Shown here: piece by piece, positions 31,582 to 41,276 of the stretch
How the letters are laid out: each line of letters starts with the position of its first letter
Position numbering within the stretch: position 1 is the stretch's first letter
DNA from: a virus
DNA: 48,684 bases
IMG/VR virus record: IMGVR_UViG_3300036766_000644
Coordinates: 1 to 48,684 of that record
Strand: one strand, 5' to 3'
The notes under the pieces: model-generated
What the model was told of the DNA's origin: nothing
The model's input: only the letters and a program-made list of their open reading frames with translations
Database searches by the model: none
Made by a program: the position numbers and the translations under genes

Positions 31582-31910
31582 AGCGAGCCACCTTCGGTGC
31601 GCTCGAGGATGGTGTGGAGCATCTTCTCGATGTTGGCGTACTGGTCCTTGGCTTTGGTGTCCTTGCCCTCAAGCGTCTTCGTGAGCTTGTGCATCTCGAC
31701 CTGAAGCTCCATTACGATCTTCTCTGTACGGCTAGCTCGGGCTTCAACCATGGGCTCGATCCTCGCTATTTGCGATTCTACTGCCGCCGCCCTCGCCTGA
31801 AGAATGCTGATCTGCTCACGTAGGCCGACCAGGTCAGATTGAAACCGGGCCTTTACTTCTGAGAGATCGTCGTGCGTCACTACTGTGTGTACTACTTCTT
31901 CACTGCTCAT
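31578..31910 (-). CDS. coiled-coil protein (110 aa)
   Basis: Internal start MSSEEVVH with an RBS. The ORF extends further upstream without an RBS. Confidence 0.35.
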   Translation of the reverse strand: MSSEEVVHTVVTHDDLSEVKARFQSDLVGLREQISILQARAAAVESQIARIEPMVEARASRTEKIVMELQVEMHKLTKTLEGKDTKAKDQYANIEKMLHTILERTEGGSL

Positions 31911-32641
31911 ACTGATTTTCTCCGTGCGACGAGTAGATCCCATCCGGCACGGAGGGTCTTGTTGGCGTCTGCGTTGTTGATGACGACCTTCATCTTCCAC
32001 TCAGGCAAGATCCACTTCGGCTTGATGGCGGGAGCCACCATGTCGCGCATCCCGCTTTCGAGGAACACATGGAGCTTGGTGAAGTGGGCGAGCTCAAGCT
32101 CAATGTCGAAGAGGTTGTACTTCCCGCCAGCAGCCGGAGACATCGTGCCTTTGCCGACCCACGGCTCTGAGTAGTTCCAGTAGCCCTGCTGGGCGTTCGT
32201 CTCGTCATCGTACGCCGGAATCGGGGTTGGCACGTCGATGTCGTACTGCCCATCACCTGCTGCTGGAACGATGATGTTGAAGCCGTACCCTGTTGGTGCC
32301 TTGTTGCAGTTGCCGGTGCCAGGGGACGCAGGGGCCTTCGTGGTGGAAGCTGGGGCCACAAGCTCCATGTAGATGCTGCTACCCCACGAACCACCATCCC
32401 AGTCGATGTGACCGCCCGCCAAGAAGATGCCGTCAAGGAAGTCCACCGTGAAGGTGGCCTCTCCGACACCTTGCTGAGTGATGCCGAACAACGCACCACC
32501 AAACCTCTTTGGCGGAGAAAGCTGGTCGTTGACGCCAGCGAAGTTGAGGAGCACTTCGCCTGGAAAGCTGTTGGGCAAGACGAAGGGCTTGCCGTCAGCG
32601 GCAACAGGAGGCTGAATCTCTGGAAGGTGACTGACGGTCAC
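31907..32641 (-). CDS. hypothetical tail-associated protein (244 aa)
   Basis: Coupled to the 251-aa gene. Confidence 0.35.
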   Translation of the reverse strand: MTVSHLPEIQPPVAADGKPFVLPNSFPGEVLLNFAGVNDQLSPPKRFGGALFGITQQGVGEATFTVDFLDGIFLAGGHIDWDGGSWGSSIYMELVAPASTTKAPASPGTGNCNKAPTGYGFNIIVPAAGDGQYDIDVPTPIPAYDDETNAQQGYWNYSEPWVGKGTMSPAAGGKYNLFDIELELAHFTKLHVFLESGMRDMVAPAIKPKWILPEWKMKVVINNADANKTLRAGWDLLVARRKSV

Positions 32642-33393
32642 AGCTTTACCCCTTGAAAGTGAGCCTCGGCAAAGTCGAACGTGGTGAGGTTGTCGTTCAC
32701 CGTGAGCCGCAGGTAGTCGGGGTTGGTGAAGGTCCCACTGCGAAACAACCGCAGCGACTGAGGAAGATGCAGGCGCGCCCGCATGAAGTTCGGAGTGCCG
32801 GTGATGATGTCGAAGTCCTGACAGATTTCGACGATGTCACGGGTGCGCTTCATCGTCTGCCACGGGTTCACTTCAAGGTCTCCAGCCTTGCAGGACAGCA
32901 CCAAGCCATTGGTGAGGGTAGCCAGCCCGCTTCGGATGAAGTTGTTGCCGAAGGCGAAGGCGGTGACATCCTCGAACAACAGGGAGAGCGCCGTCACTTG
33001 GATGTCGTAGTTCGCTGGAGGATTGTACTCGAACACCACCGGAGTGACGCTGCCGTTCACCGCAAGGTTCGCGTTACCGCCACTCTTGATGCTGTTGGCG
33101 ATGATGAGCGACGGCACATCGTCGATGCTGCGATTTGCGTAGGGCTTGAAGCTAGCCTCGAAGGCGGCCTTGTCAGCATCATTCGTTGCCTGCGAGTAAC
33201 CGCTGTCGATGACAGAGGAAGGTACGGTTCCCTTCCAGAGAGTGCAGGTGAGCACCTCTGGGATGTCGTACCCGTAGATAAGGTACGTGTTGTCGTCTTC
33301 CTCGTACTGCACCTTGATGGTCTTCGAGGTGATGAGCGGCTTGAACCAAGCCCAGTTGCCAGAACGCTGAGGAGTCGAACCGAAGGAAATCAT
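32638..33393 (-). CDS. hypothetical tail-associated protein (251 aa)
   Basis: Lies downstream of the fibre gene. Confidence 0.35.
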   Translation of the reverse strand: MISFGSTPQRSGNWAWFKPLITSKTIKVQYEEDDNTYLIYGYDIPEVLTCTLWKGTVPSSVIDSGYSQATNDADKAAFEASFKPYANRSIDDVPSLIIANSIKSGGNANLAVNGSVTPVVFEYNPPANYDIQVTALSLLFEDVTAFAFGNNFIRSGLATLTNGLVLSCKAGDLEVNPWQTMKRTRDIVEICQDFDIITGTPNFMRARLHLPQSLRLFRSGTFTNPDYLRLTVNDNLTTFDFAEAHFQGVKL

Positions 33394-35288
33394 ACCGGCA
33401 CCTCCTGCCAGTCAAAGGCGAGAGACGCCGTAGCGTTGTTGACGCCGGGGACGCAGTACCCCGTGGACCTCACAAAGCCGAAAATGTTGGGGTGGAAGTC
33501 GAACGAGCGCGTGACGAACCCCTGCGCGAGAATGACATCCCCGATGGGCACATCCGCACTGTTGGCTGTGAGGGGCAGAGAGATTCGGAGGAAGAAGCGT
33601 CCATAGGTGCCTGAGCCGCCAGACTGGATGGAGGCCACGACGGTAGAGAATTCGACCTTCGTGTTGATGGGCGAGTAGTGGTGCGCCCACAGCGTCCGAA
33701 GGTCTCCAAGCCCAGTGACGATATTGCCGGTGCCGATGGTTCCAACAACACCGCCGCCTCCAGCAATCGCTCCGTAGAGCGTGATAACGCCCGCGTTGGT
33801 AAGGCCCGAGCCCACCGTAATAACGAAGATGTTCTCGATGAAACGAATGTTCGTCGCGACTGTGTTGACCGGAGTCGTCCCGTTGAGCGTCAAGTCCTCC
33901 GTGAAAGGACCTGCTCCGGTTCCGTCGAAGTAGACGAGGCGGACCGTGCGCGCCCCCGTGCCTGCTGCCGTGTCGTTGACGCTAGCAGAGGCGATGGAAC
34001 GTTGGGCTGCTGCGGTGGGCTCTGTGTACGCCGTCGCTCGCATCACCTGAAGCGTGTTGGCCGTGCCACCGCCAAACGTGAGGATGGCACCAGACACCCC
34101 AGTGAATGACGAACTCGTGGAGAAGGTGACAGAGAGCGGCGTCTGGTCGGACGCAATCGTCACCGGGATGGAGGACGTGCGGGCCTTCTGGCCCACCGTG
34201 GGCGCAGTGCTACCGAGCCACGCACCGACGTTCTCATCAAGCCGTCCGCCAACGAGCGCAGCCGGAAGCTGCGGTGTATCCACCGTCAGCGAGCCGCCGT
34301 TGTCATCGACGGAAACCAAGCCAGTTGAGTCGTTGGCGATGGTGACCCGAAGAGCCGCCGCCTCTGTCCCGCCGCCTGTCGTCGAGAGAGGGGCGGGGAC
34401 CGAAAGAACATCTACGTCACCGATGTTGTTGGTCCCGGCGGGAAGCGAGGCTCCGACCACCACATCCAGCCGACCACCAACGAGAGCGGCGGGAAGTTGA
34501 GGCGTGTCCACCGTCAGCGAGCCTGCGTTGTCAGTGACCGGAACTCCGCTCTGGTTGCTCGCGATGACCACCGGACTGCTGGCCGCCATGAGAGCTTGGC
34601 CGAGCGCCGGAGTCTTCGTGTTGATGGCGGCGAGCGTCGTCTCGGTCGCGGCCCCAGTCGGCAGTGGAAGCGAAGTCGCATCGACGGTGATGCTGTTGCC
34701 GCCGTCCTGAATGTTGACCGCCGCCGCGCCAGCGGCGTTGTTCACCGTCACGTCCCCAATGTCCACGCCGGGCTGAGTCTGGAGTGCGGCTGTTGCGGCT
34801 CCAGTGGGGAGTGGAAGTGCGACGGCTGAGATGGGCTGTGTTGCTGGCCAGAATGTGCCGTCTACGGTGAGACTGCCGCCGTTGTCATTGATCGGCTGGA
34901 CCGCTGGAAAGTTCGAAACAGTGACAGCGCCATCAACAGTAAGGGATGCCCCACCATCGGAGACTGGGACGGCTGTAGCTCTAAGCTGAGCATCAGTGAG
35001 ACCGGTAACCGCCCTGGTGCTGAGAGCCACATCAAGGTTGTCTGTCTTGGCCTTGATCAGAGCAAGGGTTGCTTCTGTAGCAGCCCCAGTAGGAAGTGGT
35101 AGAGAGGCGGCTGAGACTGGGACTGTGCCGCTAATAGCTACTGTCCCATCTACGGTAAGAGATCCTCCGTTGTCGGTAACAGGCTGCGCAGTAGTTCCAA
35201 CAGGATCAACGCGCAGAGGCTCTGCCACCGTGCCTACCGGTGTTCCGTCTTCCTTGATGAGGATCGCCACCGGGCTCAGGTTGCTCAT
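33390..35288 (-). CDS. tail fibre-like protein with tandem sequence repeats (632 aa)
   Basis: Repeated modules: (T/N)DNGGSLTVDGT..., LPLPTGAATE(A/T)TLA three times, and TPQLPAALVGGRLD twice. The corresponding DNA segment is duplicated. Confidence 0.5.
   Translation of the reverse strand: MSNLSPVAILIKEDGTPVGTVAEPLRVDPVGTTAQPVTDNGGSLTVDGTVAISGTVPVSAASLPLPTGAATEATLALIKAKTDNLDVALSTRAVTGLTDAQLRATAVPVSDGGASLTVDGAVTVSNFPAVQPINDNGGSLTVDGTFWPATQPISAVALPLPTGAATAALQTQPGVDIGDVTVNNAAGAAAVNIQDGGNSITVDATSLPLPTGAATETTLAAINTKTPALGQALMAASSPVVIASNQSGVPVTDNAGSLTVDTPQLPAALVGGRLDVVVGASLPAGTNNIGDVDVLSVPAPLSTTGGGTEAAALRVTIANDSTGLVSVDDNGGSLTVDTPQLPAALVGGRLDENVGAWLGSTAPTVGQKARTSSIPVTIASDQTPLSVTFSTSSSFTGVSGAILTFGGGTANTLQVMRATAYTEPTAAAQRSIASASVNDTAAGTGARTVRLVYFDGTGAGPFTEDLTLNGTTPVNTVATNIRFIENIFVITVGSGLTNAGVITLYGAIAGGGGVVGTIGTGNIVTGLGDLRTLWAHHYSPINTKVEFSTVVASIQSGGSGTYGRFFLRISLPLTANSADVPIGDVILAQGFVTRSFDFHPNIFGFVRSTGYCVPGVNNATASLAFDWQEVPV
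34234..34523. repeat. intragenic duplicated about 60-bp segments (about 80% identical) within fibre gene
   Basis: 34234–34297 is similar to 34463–34523 (...CCACCGTCAGCGAGCC...). Confidence 0.6.
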
Positions 35289-35758
35289 GTGATGGCCCTT
35301 GTCCTACCAGTCTCAAAGACGCCTGAGTACGTGATGGTGTCCGTTACTGTTGCCAGCACGGTGGTCCCATCCGCCGCGTACATCTTCCACTGAATCGTTG
35401 TGGCCTTGGGGCCAGTCCAAGTGATGTTCTGCTCAACCAGCTTGGTCGAGTCAGCACGCCTCCAAAGCATCTGCGTCGGGTAGACGGTGCCTGTGACAGT
35501 CTTGGTAGCCCCAGACGCGAAACCCTCTGCGGGGCCTTCGTCTATGAAGTGAATGAGGTTGAGGAGAACCTTGTGCTGGGCCTCCGTCAGCCCAGATCCG
35601 GACAGGCCCTTCTCTACGCCCTCTTCGAAGAAGCGAAAACCAACACCAGTGACATAGCGAAACTCGCCGTTGGCTGTTGGAGCGATCGGTTGTGGCTCGA
35701 GATTAATGCCCTCGTCTTCTTCGAGGACACCCGGCCGTCGATCAGGCGTTAGAGGCAC
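35285..35758 (-). CDS. hypothetical protein (157 aa)
   Basis: Coupled to the fibre gene. Confidence 0.35.
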   Translation of the reverse strand: MPLTPDRRPGVLEEDEGINLEPQPIAPTANGEFRYVTGVGFRFFEEGVEKGLSGSGLTEAQHKVLLNLIHFIDEGPAEGFASGATKTVTGTVYPTQMLWRRADSTKLVEQNITWTGPKATTIQWKMYAADGTTVLATVTDTITYSGVFETGRTRAIT

Positions 35759-36350
35759 GAGGCGGCCTCCCTCGACGTTTCTTTACCCACGGCGTTACCG
35801 CCGGAACAACGGGGGCGGGGGGATCCGGAACTGCCGCAGGAGGAGGGGCTACTTTCGCGAGTTCCTCTGCAAGATCTTCCGCCAGGCGCTGCTCTTTAAT
35901 GCTGAGGGGTCGCGTACCGACTTCACGAGGGCCATCCCCCGCCGAAGGAGGTGGCTCGGCGGCGACGGATTTTAGTTGAGCGAGCTTCGCCGTTTCGGCG
36001 TCGGCCATGTTTTTGAGCAGAGCGACGGTTTGCTCCAGCCCTGAGATCTTACCCGCCTGAGTCAACCGCAGATTGGATGCTTGCTGCGCAAGGTTTTGGA
36101 GCGCATTTACCCCGCGCATGATGTACCGCTTCGAAACCTCCGCCGTAGGAAGATCAATCTTTCCTTCGGTAACGTCGGTGTCTACGAACGAGAGAAGCTT
36201 TTCCAGGGCGGAAGCTCCGTCCAACATCGCGGTCTGACGACCTTCAAAGATCGCCAGACCGCGTTTTGCTTCCTCGAAGGAGTCTTCTACACGCGCACCA
36301 ATCTCGTAGGTGACCAACTGCTTCAACTCGGTCTTGAGAATGCTGCTCAT
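35742..36350 (-). CDS. coiled-coil protein with basic C-terminus (202 aa)
   Basis: Helical heptad-like sequence. Ends KKRRGRPPRASNA. Confidence 0.4.
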   Translation of the reverse strand: MSSILKTELKQLVTYEIGARVEDSFEEAKRGLAIFEGRQTAMLDGASALEKLLSFVDTDVTEGKIDLPTAEVSKRYIMRGVNALQNLAQQASNLRLTQAGKISGLEQTVALLKNMADAETAKLAQLKSVAAEPPPSAGDGPREVGTRPLSIKEQRLAEDLAEELAKVAPPPAAVPDPPAPVVPAVTPWVKKRRGRPPRASNA

Positions 36351-36370
36351 GTGTCAGGCTCCTTTAGAGG

Positions 36371-38308
36371 TTAGGCGTAGGGGATAACACAAATCACGTC
36401 CGCAACGCCCGTGCTCTTTACCTTGAACTCGAACATCAGCTGACCGTTCGGCAGCGACGTGCCGGGGTAGTAGTCGTTGTTCGCAGCGTTGTTCGCGCCC
36501 GGGCGAAGCAGGTTGCCGTTGAGGAACACGTCGTAGTCGGTGAGGAAGTTACCGAGGCTCATGTTCGGAAGCTGGGCGGAGAGGTTGGAACCGCCGGAAA
36601 CACCACCCACATCGAGGTTCGCGTTGGTGGTGGCGGTGACCGTGGCGTAGACCTTGGCCCCACGAGACGACGGGGGATTCGCCGCTTGGTTGAGGGCGTT
36701 GAGCAGCGACACCTCGCCGTAGTTCGTCTCGAAGAGGTTCCACTCCGCCGTGGCCGCAGCGAGCTTGATGCCGTTGGTCTGCGCCCAGGTCGAACCAGCC
36801 TGCCACGAGTCGTCGAGGTACAGGTCTCGAGAAGCGAGCAGCCGGAGATCCGTAGTGGCACCGACCGACTCGATGGTCGCCGTGTTGGCGATGACCGTGG
36901 TGCCGACGTTGATGCGAGCGCCACCGGTTGCCACAGCGACACCAGCATTGAAGTCGTTGACGATGGCGTTCACGTCGAACGTGTCTACGTCAGTCCCAAG
37001 CTGGACGGTCGAGGTTCCGCCGCCGCTGCCCTCAAGGATGGAGAGGAGGTCAGCATTCGCTAGGTCACGGATCTTCCACGCCAGTCCGCCAGCGATGTCG
37101 AGGGTGGCGTTGGTGGTCAGCTCGACAGGCAGGGTGCCCTGCTGATCGTATGCGATCTGCCGTGTGACCGAGGTGCCCGTCGGAACCTGCGCGGGGGTAC
37201 CTCGCAGGAAGTCCTGCTCCGTGAGGTCGTTGAGCCCCTTGCGTAGAACGTTGGTGTAGTCGATGGACTTTCCTGCGACATCCGCGGCGGGCACGGGCTC
37301 CAGGGCAGTGTCAGCGTTGTTGATGCGCACGAATGAAAGCTGCGCGCGGTTGGGTGTGGTGCCCGTCATCGTCGAGCCGTTCACGTTCGATTCGGTCTGG
37401 AACAGGGCGTAGACCTGCCGAGTTCCCGACAGGATGACCTGCCCGGTAGAGGCGTCGTAGACATCGCACAGGTTCTTCGGCGAGATGGGCGCTCCGCCCG
37501 TAACCAGCGCTAGCGAGTGATTTCCGAAGCTCGCGTTGTAGGCAGCGACGCTGCCCAGTGTGGTGACGGATCCAATAGCGGCGATGTTTCCGGGGGAAGC
37601 CGGAACTTGCCCAAGCGTCAGGACGGACACGTCGCCTGCGCCGCCCGAGAGGTTCGCGGGGATGGTGGCGTTAGCGCAGGTCTCGGACAGGAGGATGAGG
37701 TTGCCGACAGTGCCCCCCGAGATGGCGGTGAGCACGTTCGAGGTCGCGGTGTCCGTTGCAGTGACCTGCGTGTTGGTCGGCGTGCCAGTGCCGTAGTTGG
37801 TACCTGCGACGCCGTTTCCGTTGATGGCGCGGCGCAGGTTCTCGTGCGTCTGCGCGGTCGTACCGCTGGCATCGATGTTGTTCGCAGCGTTCACGAAGGG
37901 CGACTTGAAGGTGTAAACATGGCCGCCGATGTTTACAGTTTCGTTGTCGCTGAAGACACCTGTCGAGGAGAAGGTCGCGGTCGCCTGCACCGACGCGGGA
38001 ACCGTGACCGTGATGTCGGTGAAGTTCGCGACGAGGACGCGCTTGCGCTCCAGGTCGTGGAGGTTGGTGTTCAGATCGTTGACGCCGCGCTTCGCGCCGA
38101 ACTCAAATGAGCCGGGGGTGTTGAGCGTCGCGTACCAGTTGCTTGTCTGGACGTTCAGGAGGTCGTGGACTCGCGACCGCAGAGAGTTGAGATCGTCCTC
38201 GATGTTCGTCGAGTTCGTTTCCAGGGTCGTCTGACCCGGAAGGATGTTATCGACGAAGGCGTCGGACTTACCGATCTGCGTATCTTGACGAATGAAAGTT
38301 CGAGACAT
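36371..38308 (-). CDS. Thr/Asn/Gly-rich fibre- or spike-like structural protein (645 aa)
   Basis: Beta-rich low-complexity composition. Lies downstream of the capsid-gene cluster. Confidence 0.4.
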   Translation of the reverse strand: MSRTFIRQDTQIGKSDAFVDNILPGQTTLETNSTNIEDDLNSLRSRVHDLLNVQTSNWYATLNTPGSFEFGAKRGVNDLNTNLHDLERKRVLVANFTDITVTVPASVQATATFSSTGVFSDNETVNIGGHVYTFKSPFVNAANNIDASGTTAQTHENLRRAINGNGVAGTNYGTGTPTNTQVTATDTATSNVLTAISGGTVGNLILLSETCANATIPANLSGGAGDVSVLTLGQVPASPGNIAAIGSVTTLGSVAAYNASFGNHSLALVTGGAPISPKNLCDVYDASTGQVILSGTRQVYALFQTESNVNGSTMTGTTPNRAQLSFVRINNADTALEPVPAADVAGKSIDYTNVLRKGLNDLTEQDFLRGTPAQVPTGTSVTRQIAYDQQGTLPVELTTNATLDIAGGLAWKIRDLANADLLSILEGSGGGTSTVQLGTDVDTFDVNAIVNDFNAGVAVATGGARINVGTTVIANTATIESVGATTDLRLLASRDLYLDDSWQAGSTWAQTNGIKLAAATAEWNLFETNYGEVSLLNALNQAANPPSSRGAKVYATVTATTNANLDVGGVSGGSNLSAQLPNMSLGNFLTDYDVFLNGNLLRPGANNAANNDYYPGTSLPNGQLMFEFKVKSTGVADVICVIPYA

Positions 38309-38349
38309 GGTGAGCGCTCCTGCGGGGGGCTACTGCGTAAATCAGCTGG

Positions 38350-38580
38350 TTATTCTCCCCGCAGAGATCTACCCCGCAGGTATTTGAATGCTTCGAAGAA
38401 CCTTGAATGGTCTGACGTAGTATAGGCCAATTCCTGGGTCGCCGCTTCTGCGGGGGACAGCTTGAAGGTGAAGGTTGCTCGACCCTTGCTCTTCCCGTGG
38501 AGGCCCGTGAGCTCCGCCCCCTTGATCATCAGGTAGCAGGCTAAGCCGATCTTATCCGTAGAAAAACATCCGGGCGTCAT
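38350..38580 (-). CDS. small hypothetical protein (76 aa)
   Basis: ORF between the MCP region and the 645-aa gene. Confidence 0.3.
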   Translation of the reverse strand: MTPGCFSTDKIGLACYLMIKGAELTGLHGKSKGRATFTFKLSPAEAATQELAYTTSDHSRFFEAFKYLRGRSLRGE

Positions 38581-38819
38581 CGTAGGTAGTCCACGAGTAC
38601 ATGGTCGTTCGTGCGCGGTGCGAGAACGAAGACCAGCGTAGCCGGAGGGATCACGGTGTAGTCGTTAATCCGCTTCTGACGTACGCCGTTGAGGTACAGC
38701 CGCTCACTGTTTGAGCGAAACGAAAACGCCGTGAGAAAGGTCGCGTTGACCCCATTTACGAAGCCCGACGGTACTTCGCCGTAAACTTCGGTGCTCCTGG
38801 ATGGGCCGGTTACGATCAT
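38577..38819 (-). CDS. small hypothetical protein (80 aa)
   Basis: Coupled to the 76-aa ORF. Confidence 0.3.
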   Translation of the reverse strand: MIVTGPSRSTEVYGEVPSGFVNGVNATFLTAFSFRSNSERLYLNGVRQKRINDYTVIPPATLVFVLAPRTNDHVLVDYLR

Positions 38820-38825
38820 CGCGCA

Positions 38826-38868
38826 CGCCCCAAATGGAAAGGGACGCCTGGAAGAGTCCAGACGTCCC
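38826..38868 (-). terminator. hairpin/attenuator downstream of putative capsid gene
   Basis: GGGACG-CCTGGAAGAGTCCAGA-CGTCCC nested hairpin. The minus-strand transcript continues UUUCCAUUUGGGG. Confidence 0.35.
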
Positions 38869-38890
38869 TAGCCTACCTCCTACCCGGTAC

Positions 38891-39799
38891 TTACGGGAAG
38901 GTGATTGACTGAATCGACAGGCGGTTGCCGATGCCGATGCCAGGCGCCGCGTACGTCCAGAAGGTGATGGTGTCAGCCTCCTGCTTGATGTACAGGGTCG
39001 CGTCCTGGAGCAGGAAGAAGTTGCCCAGGTAGTTCTCCGGCGAGTAGATGTACGCCTTCTTCTCGTTGTGGATGGTGGACTTGATGGTCGTGATGACCGG
39101 GAAGCCCCACAGCTTCTCCTCGTTCTCCACGCCGTCGTCGTAGTGCCGCGACGCCACGTCGTTACCGACGCTGGTGGCCTGCAGATCGAGAGCCTCGTAG
39201 TACAGGCCCTTGGTCATGGTCATCTTGCCGATGGGGCGACGACGACCAACCATCTTCTGGAAGCCAGCCTTGAACGCGCTCGAGTTGAACCCGGTCGCAC
39301 CGGTGTTCTGCTCTGCGGGGTTCAGCGCGATGAGCGCGTCGACCGTCTCCTGCCACTTCTTGTCTTCCTGGTCCGCCATGTCCTTCACAGAGTTATCCGA
39401 AAGCATCTTCCGGATATCGTTCTGGTAGGTCATCAGCTGGAACTTCGACTTGGTGAAGTGCTGTGACTCGGTCTTGCCGAAGAAGACGCTGTAGCGAGGT
39501 CCCTTGAACCAGGTACGCGGACCGGCGCCCTGGAACTGGACGAAGGTGGCCACCGACTTGGGCTCCTTCTCTACGATCTTCTTCGGCTCGTCCGTGTTCT
39601 CGTCGCGATCGATCTCGTCATCCTGGAGTAGGACGGGCGTGAGAATCTCACGTGCGTACGACTCCTGGCGGACGAACTCGCGAATGAACGCTGAGCCCTC
39701 AGCTGCTGCTTCCTTGATCCGCCCATCCTCGATCTTCTTGACGAAGTTCGAGTTTACGAACTGGGCGGAGACTTGCTGCGTTTCTGTCTTGTAAGCCAT
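38891..39799 (-). CDS. putative major capsid protein (302 aa)
   Basis: Strong RBS GGAGGAGACTGATAAATG. Size and position (after scaffold-like and decoration-like genes, followed by a hairpin) fit a major capsid protein. There is no motif-level proof. Confidence 0.35.
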   Translation of the reverse strand: MAYKTETQQVSAQFVNSNFVKKIEDGRIKEAAAEGSAFIREFVRQESYAREILTPVLLQDDEIDRDENTDEPKKIVEKEPKSVATFVQFQGAGPRTWFKGPRYSVFFGKTESQHFTKSKFQLMTYQNDIRKMLSDNSVKDMADQEDKKWQETVDALIALNPAEQNTGATGFNSSAFKAGFQKMVGRRRPIGKMTMTKGLYYEALDLQATSVGNDVASRHYDDGVENEEKLWGFPVITTIKSTIHNEKKAYIYSPENYLGNFFLLQDATLYIKQEADTITFWTYAAPGIGIGNRLSIQSITFP

Positions 39800-39867
39800 T
39801 TATCAGTCTCCTCCAACATGTTCCGGGCGAATCCCGGCGCCATCTGTGATTGCTACGTAGTACTAGC

Positions 39868-40377
39868 TTAGAGCCCGCCGCCCTGAGGCACAATCACCTC
39901 AAGAACACCGTTCACCGCGTCGAGACCAGCCGGGCCGACAACCCCGATGATTTGGTCAGACCCGTCAGCATCGGCGAGCTTGATCTTGCCGCCGTTGAAC
40001 GAGACTTGCTTGCCGGGGGCGTACGCACCAGAATCGTACTGATCGGTCAGCATCGTGAAGCCACCGTTCAGCACGGTGAGCTTCTGCACGAACGAGCCAG
40101 AGAAGTCCTTGTTACCGTCGATGGCGACGAACACCATCACGCGGTTCTGCGCCTTGATGGCGACGTCAGTGCTCACGTCACCCGTGGTGGCGAGAATTGC
40201 CGTACCGTCCGCAGGGTCCATCTTCACGATGGCGCCAGCAGGGATGACGCCTGCGATCGGGGTGCCTTCCGAGTTCAGGGTCATGCCACCAGGAACCTTC
40301 AGGACCTGCGCCAGGGCCGCCAGCGCTACCGGGTTGTCAACAGACGTGATGTCAAACTTCGAGTTGAGGATGCTCAT
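39868..40377 (-). CDS. beta-rich head-associated protein (decoration/scaffold candidate, 169 aa)
   Basis: Lies immediately upstream of the putative MCP. Gly/Val/Ala-rich. Confidence 0.3.
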   Translation of the reverse strand: MSILNSKFDITSVDNPVALAALAQVLKVPGGMTLNSEGTPIAGVIPAGAIVKMDPADGTAILATTGDVSTDVAIKAQNRVMVFVAIDGNKDFSGSFVQKLTVLNGGFTMLTDQYDSGAYAPGKQVSFNGGKIKLADADGSDQIIGVVGPAGLDAVNGVLEVIVPQGGGL

Positions 40378-40412
40378 TGCGTGTCTCCCTGCTTTCTATC
40401 CGCCTGGTGGCG

Positions 40413-40778
40413 TTAGGAATTGATGAACTGACCAAACCGCTCGTAGGCGGCGTCTGCCGCTTCCCGTTTCGTTGTCGGTACCTTATTCGCCGACTTCTCG
40501 CCAGATCGGCCGAGACTTTCAACTCCGCTGCTGCCAGCCGTCTTCTCCAGCAGATGCTTCACGGAGGACAGAACATCGTCGCCCGACGACGAGAGCTTAG
40601 CAAAAACTTCCTCAGGCATCTCTTCGCCTGTGGACTCGGTGTACTTGTCGGAGACGCTCTTCATCACTGCGTCCCGTGCGACCTTCACCGCAGCGGCCTT
40701 CTCGACCTCATGCCCGTCGATGACCTTTGCGGTCTCTTCGAGAACAGCGGCCACCTTCAAAAGAAATTCAGCTGACAT
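40413..40778 (-). CDS. acidic helical protein (121 aa), scaffold-like
   Basis: Ala/Glu/Lys-rich helical composition. Confidence 0.35.
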   Translation of the reverse strand: MSAEFLLKVAAVLEETAKVIDGHEVEKAAAVKVARDAVMKSVSDKYTESTGEEMPEEVFAKLSSSGDDVLSSVKHLLEKTAGSSGVESLGRSGEKSANKVPTTKREAADAAYERFGQFINS

Positions 40779-40917
40779 GGGCCACCTTTGCGCGAAGGAT
40801 GTTCAAAGCAGCGGCGGCTTGGAGGACCTGGGCACACTTCACCTGATTCTCAGCCTCAACCGAGGCAGCCTTCTCACGAAGGAGAGCAGCTAGCTTTTTG
40901 AGATTCTCAGATGCCAT
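40768..40917 (-). CDS. small helical protein (49 aa, below ORF-track cutoff)
   Basis: Starts MASENLKKLAALLREKAASVEAEN... Its stop overlaps the ATG of the downstream gene. Confidence 0.3.
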   Translation of the reverse strand: MASENLKKLAALLREKAASVEAENQVKCAQVLQAAAALNILRAKVAHVS

Positions 40918-41122
40918 ATGATTTCCGAAAACGCGCCAAGTCAGTGTAGGTGATTCCCGCTGAAACTTCGATCCGAAGCTGCTCTGCGACCTTCATCAAC
41001 AGTTGCCCCGTCTCCGTCTCGAGGGCTGCCCTATTGGTATAGGCCAACTCGGCTTGCTTCACCAACTGGCCCTTCTCAACTTCTCGCATCACCGACGTCG
41101 CGAGCTGGCTTAGATCCTTCAT
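40907..41122 (-). CDS. small helical protein (71 aa)
   Basis: Translationally coupled on both sides. Confidence 0.35.
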   Translation of the reverse strand: MKDLSQLATSVMREVEKGQLVKQAELAYTNRAALETETGQLLMKVAEQLRIEVSAGITYTDLARFRKSYGI

Positions 41123-41271
41123 GGCTTGCTCCAGAGCGCAGACAGAGCCTGCGCGACAGGTGCTTCAACGCTCGCCACCTTCACCGTGGCGTCACGCACA
41201 GCCGTAGGCAGCATGGCTTCCGCCATCTTGAACAACTCTGCGTACGTGCTGCGAGTGACGGCGTTGTACAT
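41119..41271 (-). CDS. small protein (50 aa, below ORF-track cutoff)
   Basis: Starts MYNAVTRSTYAELFKMAEAMLPTAV... ATGA overlap with the 71-aa gene. Confidence 0.3.
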   Translation of the reverse strand: MYNAVTRSTYAELFKMAEAMLPTAVRDATVKVASVEAPVAQALSALWSKP

Positions 41272-41276
41272 GGTGG

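Noticed and set aside
33390-35288. Possible diversity-generating retroelement target in the repetitive fibre gene
   Set aside because: The repeats are intragenic duplications in the same reading frame. No reverse-transcriptase ORF (no YxDD motif anywhere in the window) and no template repeat outside the gene are present.
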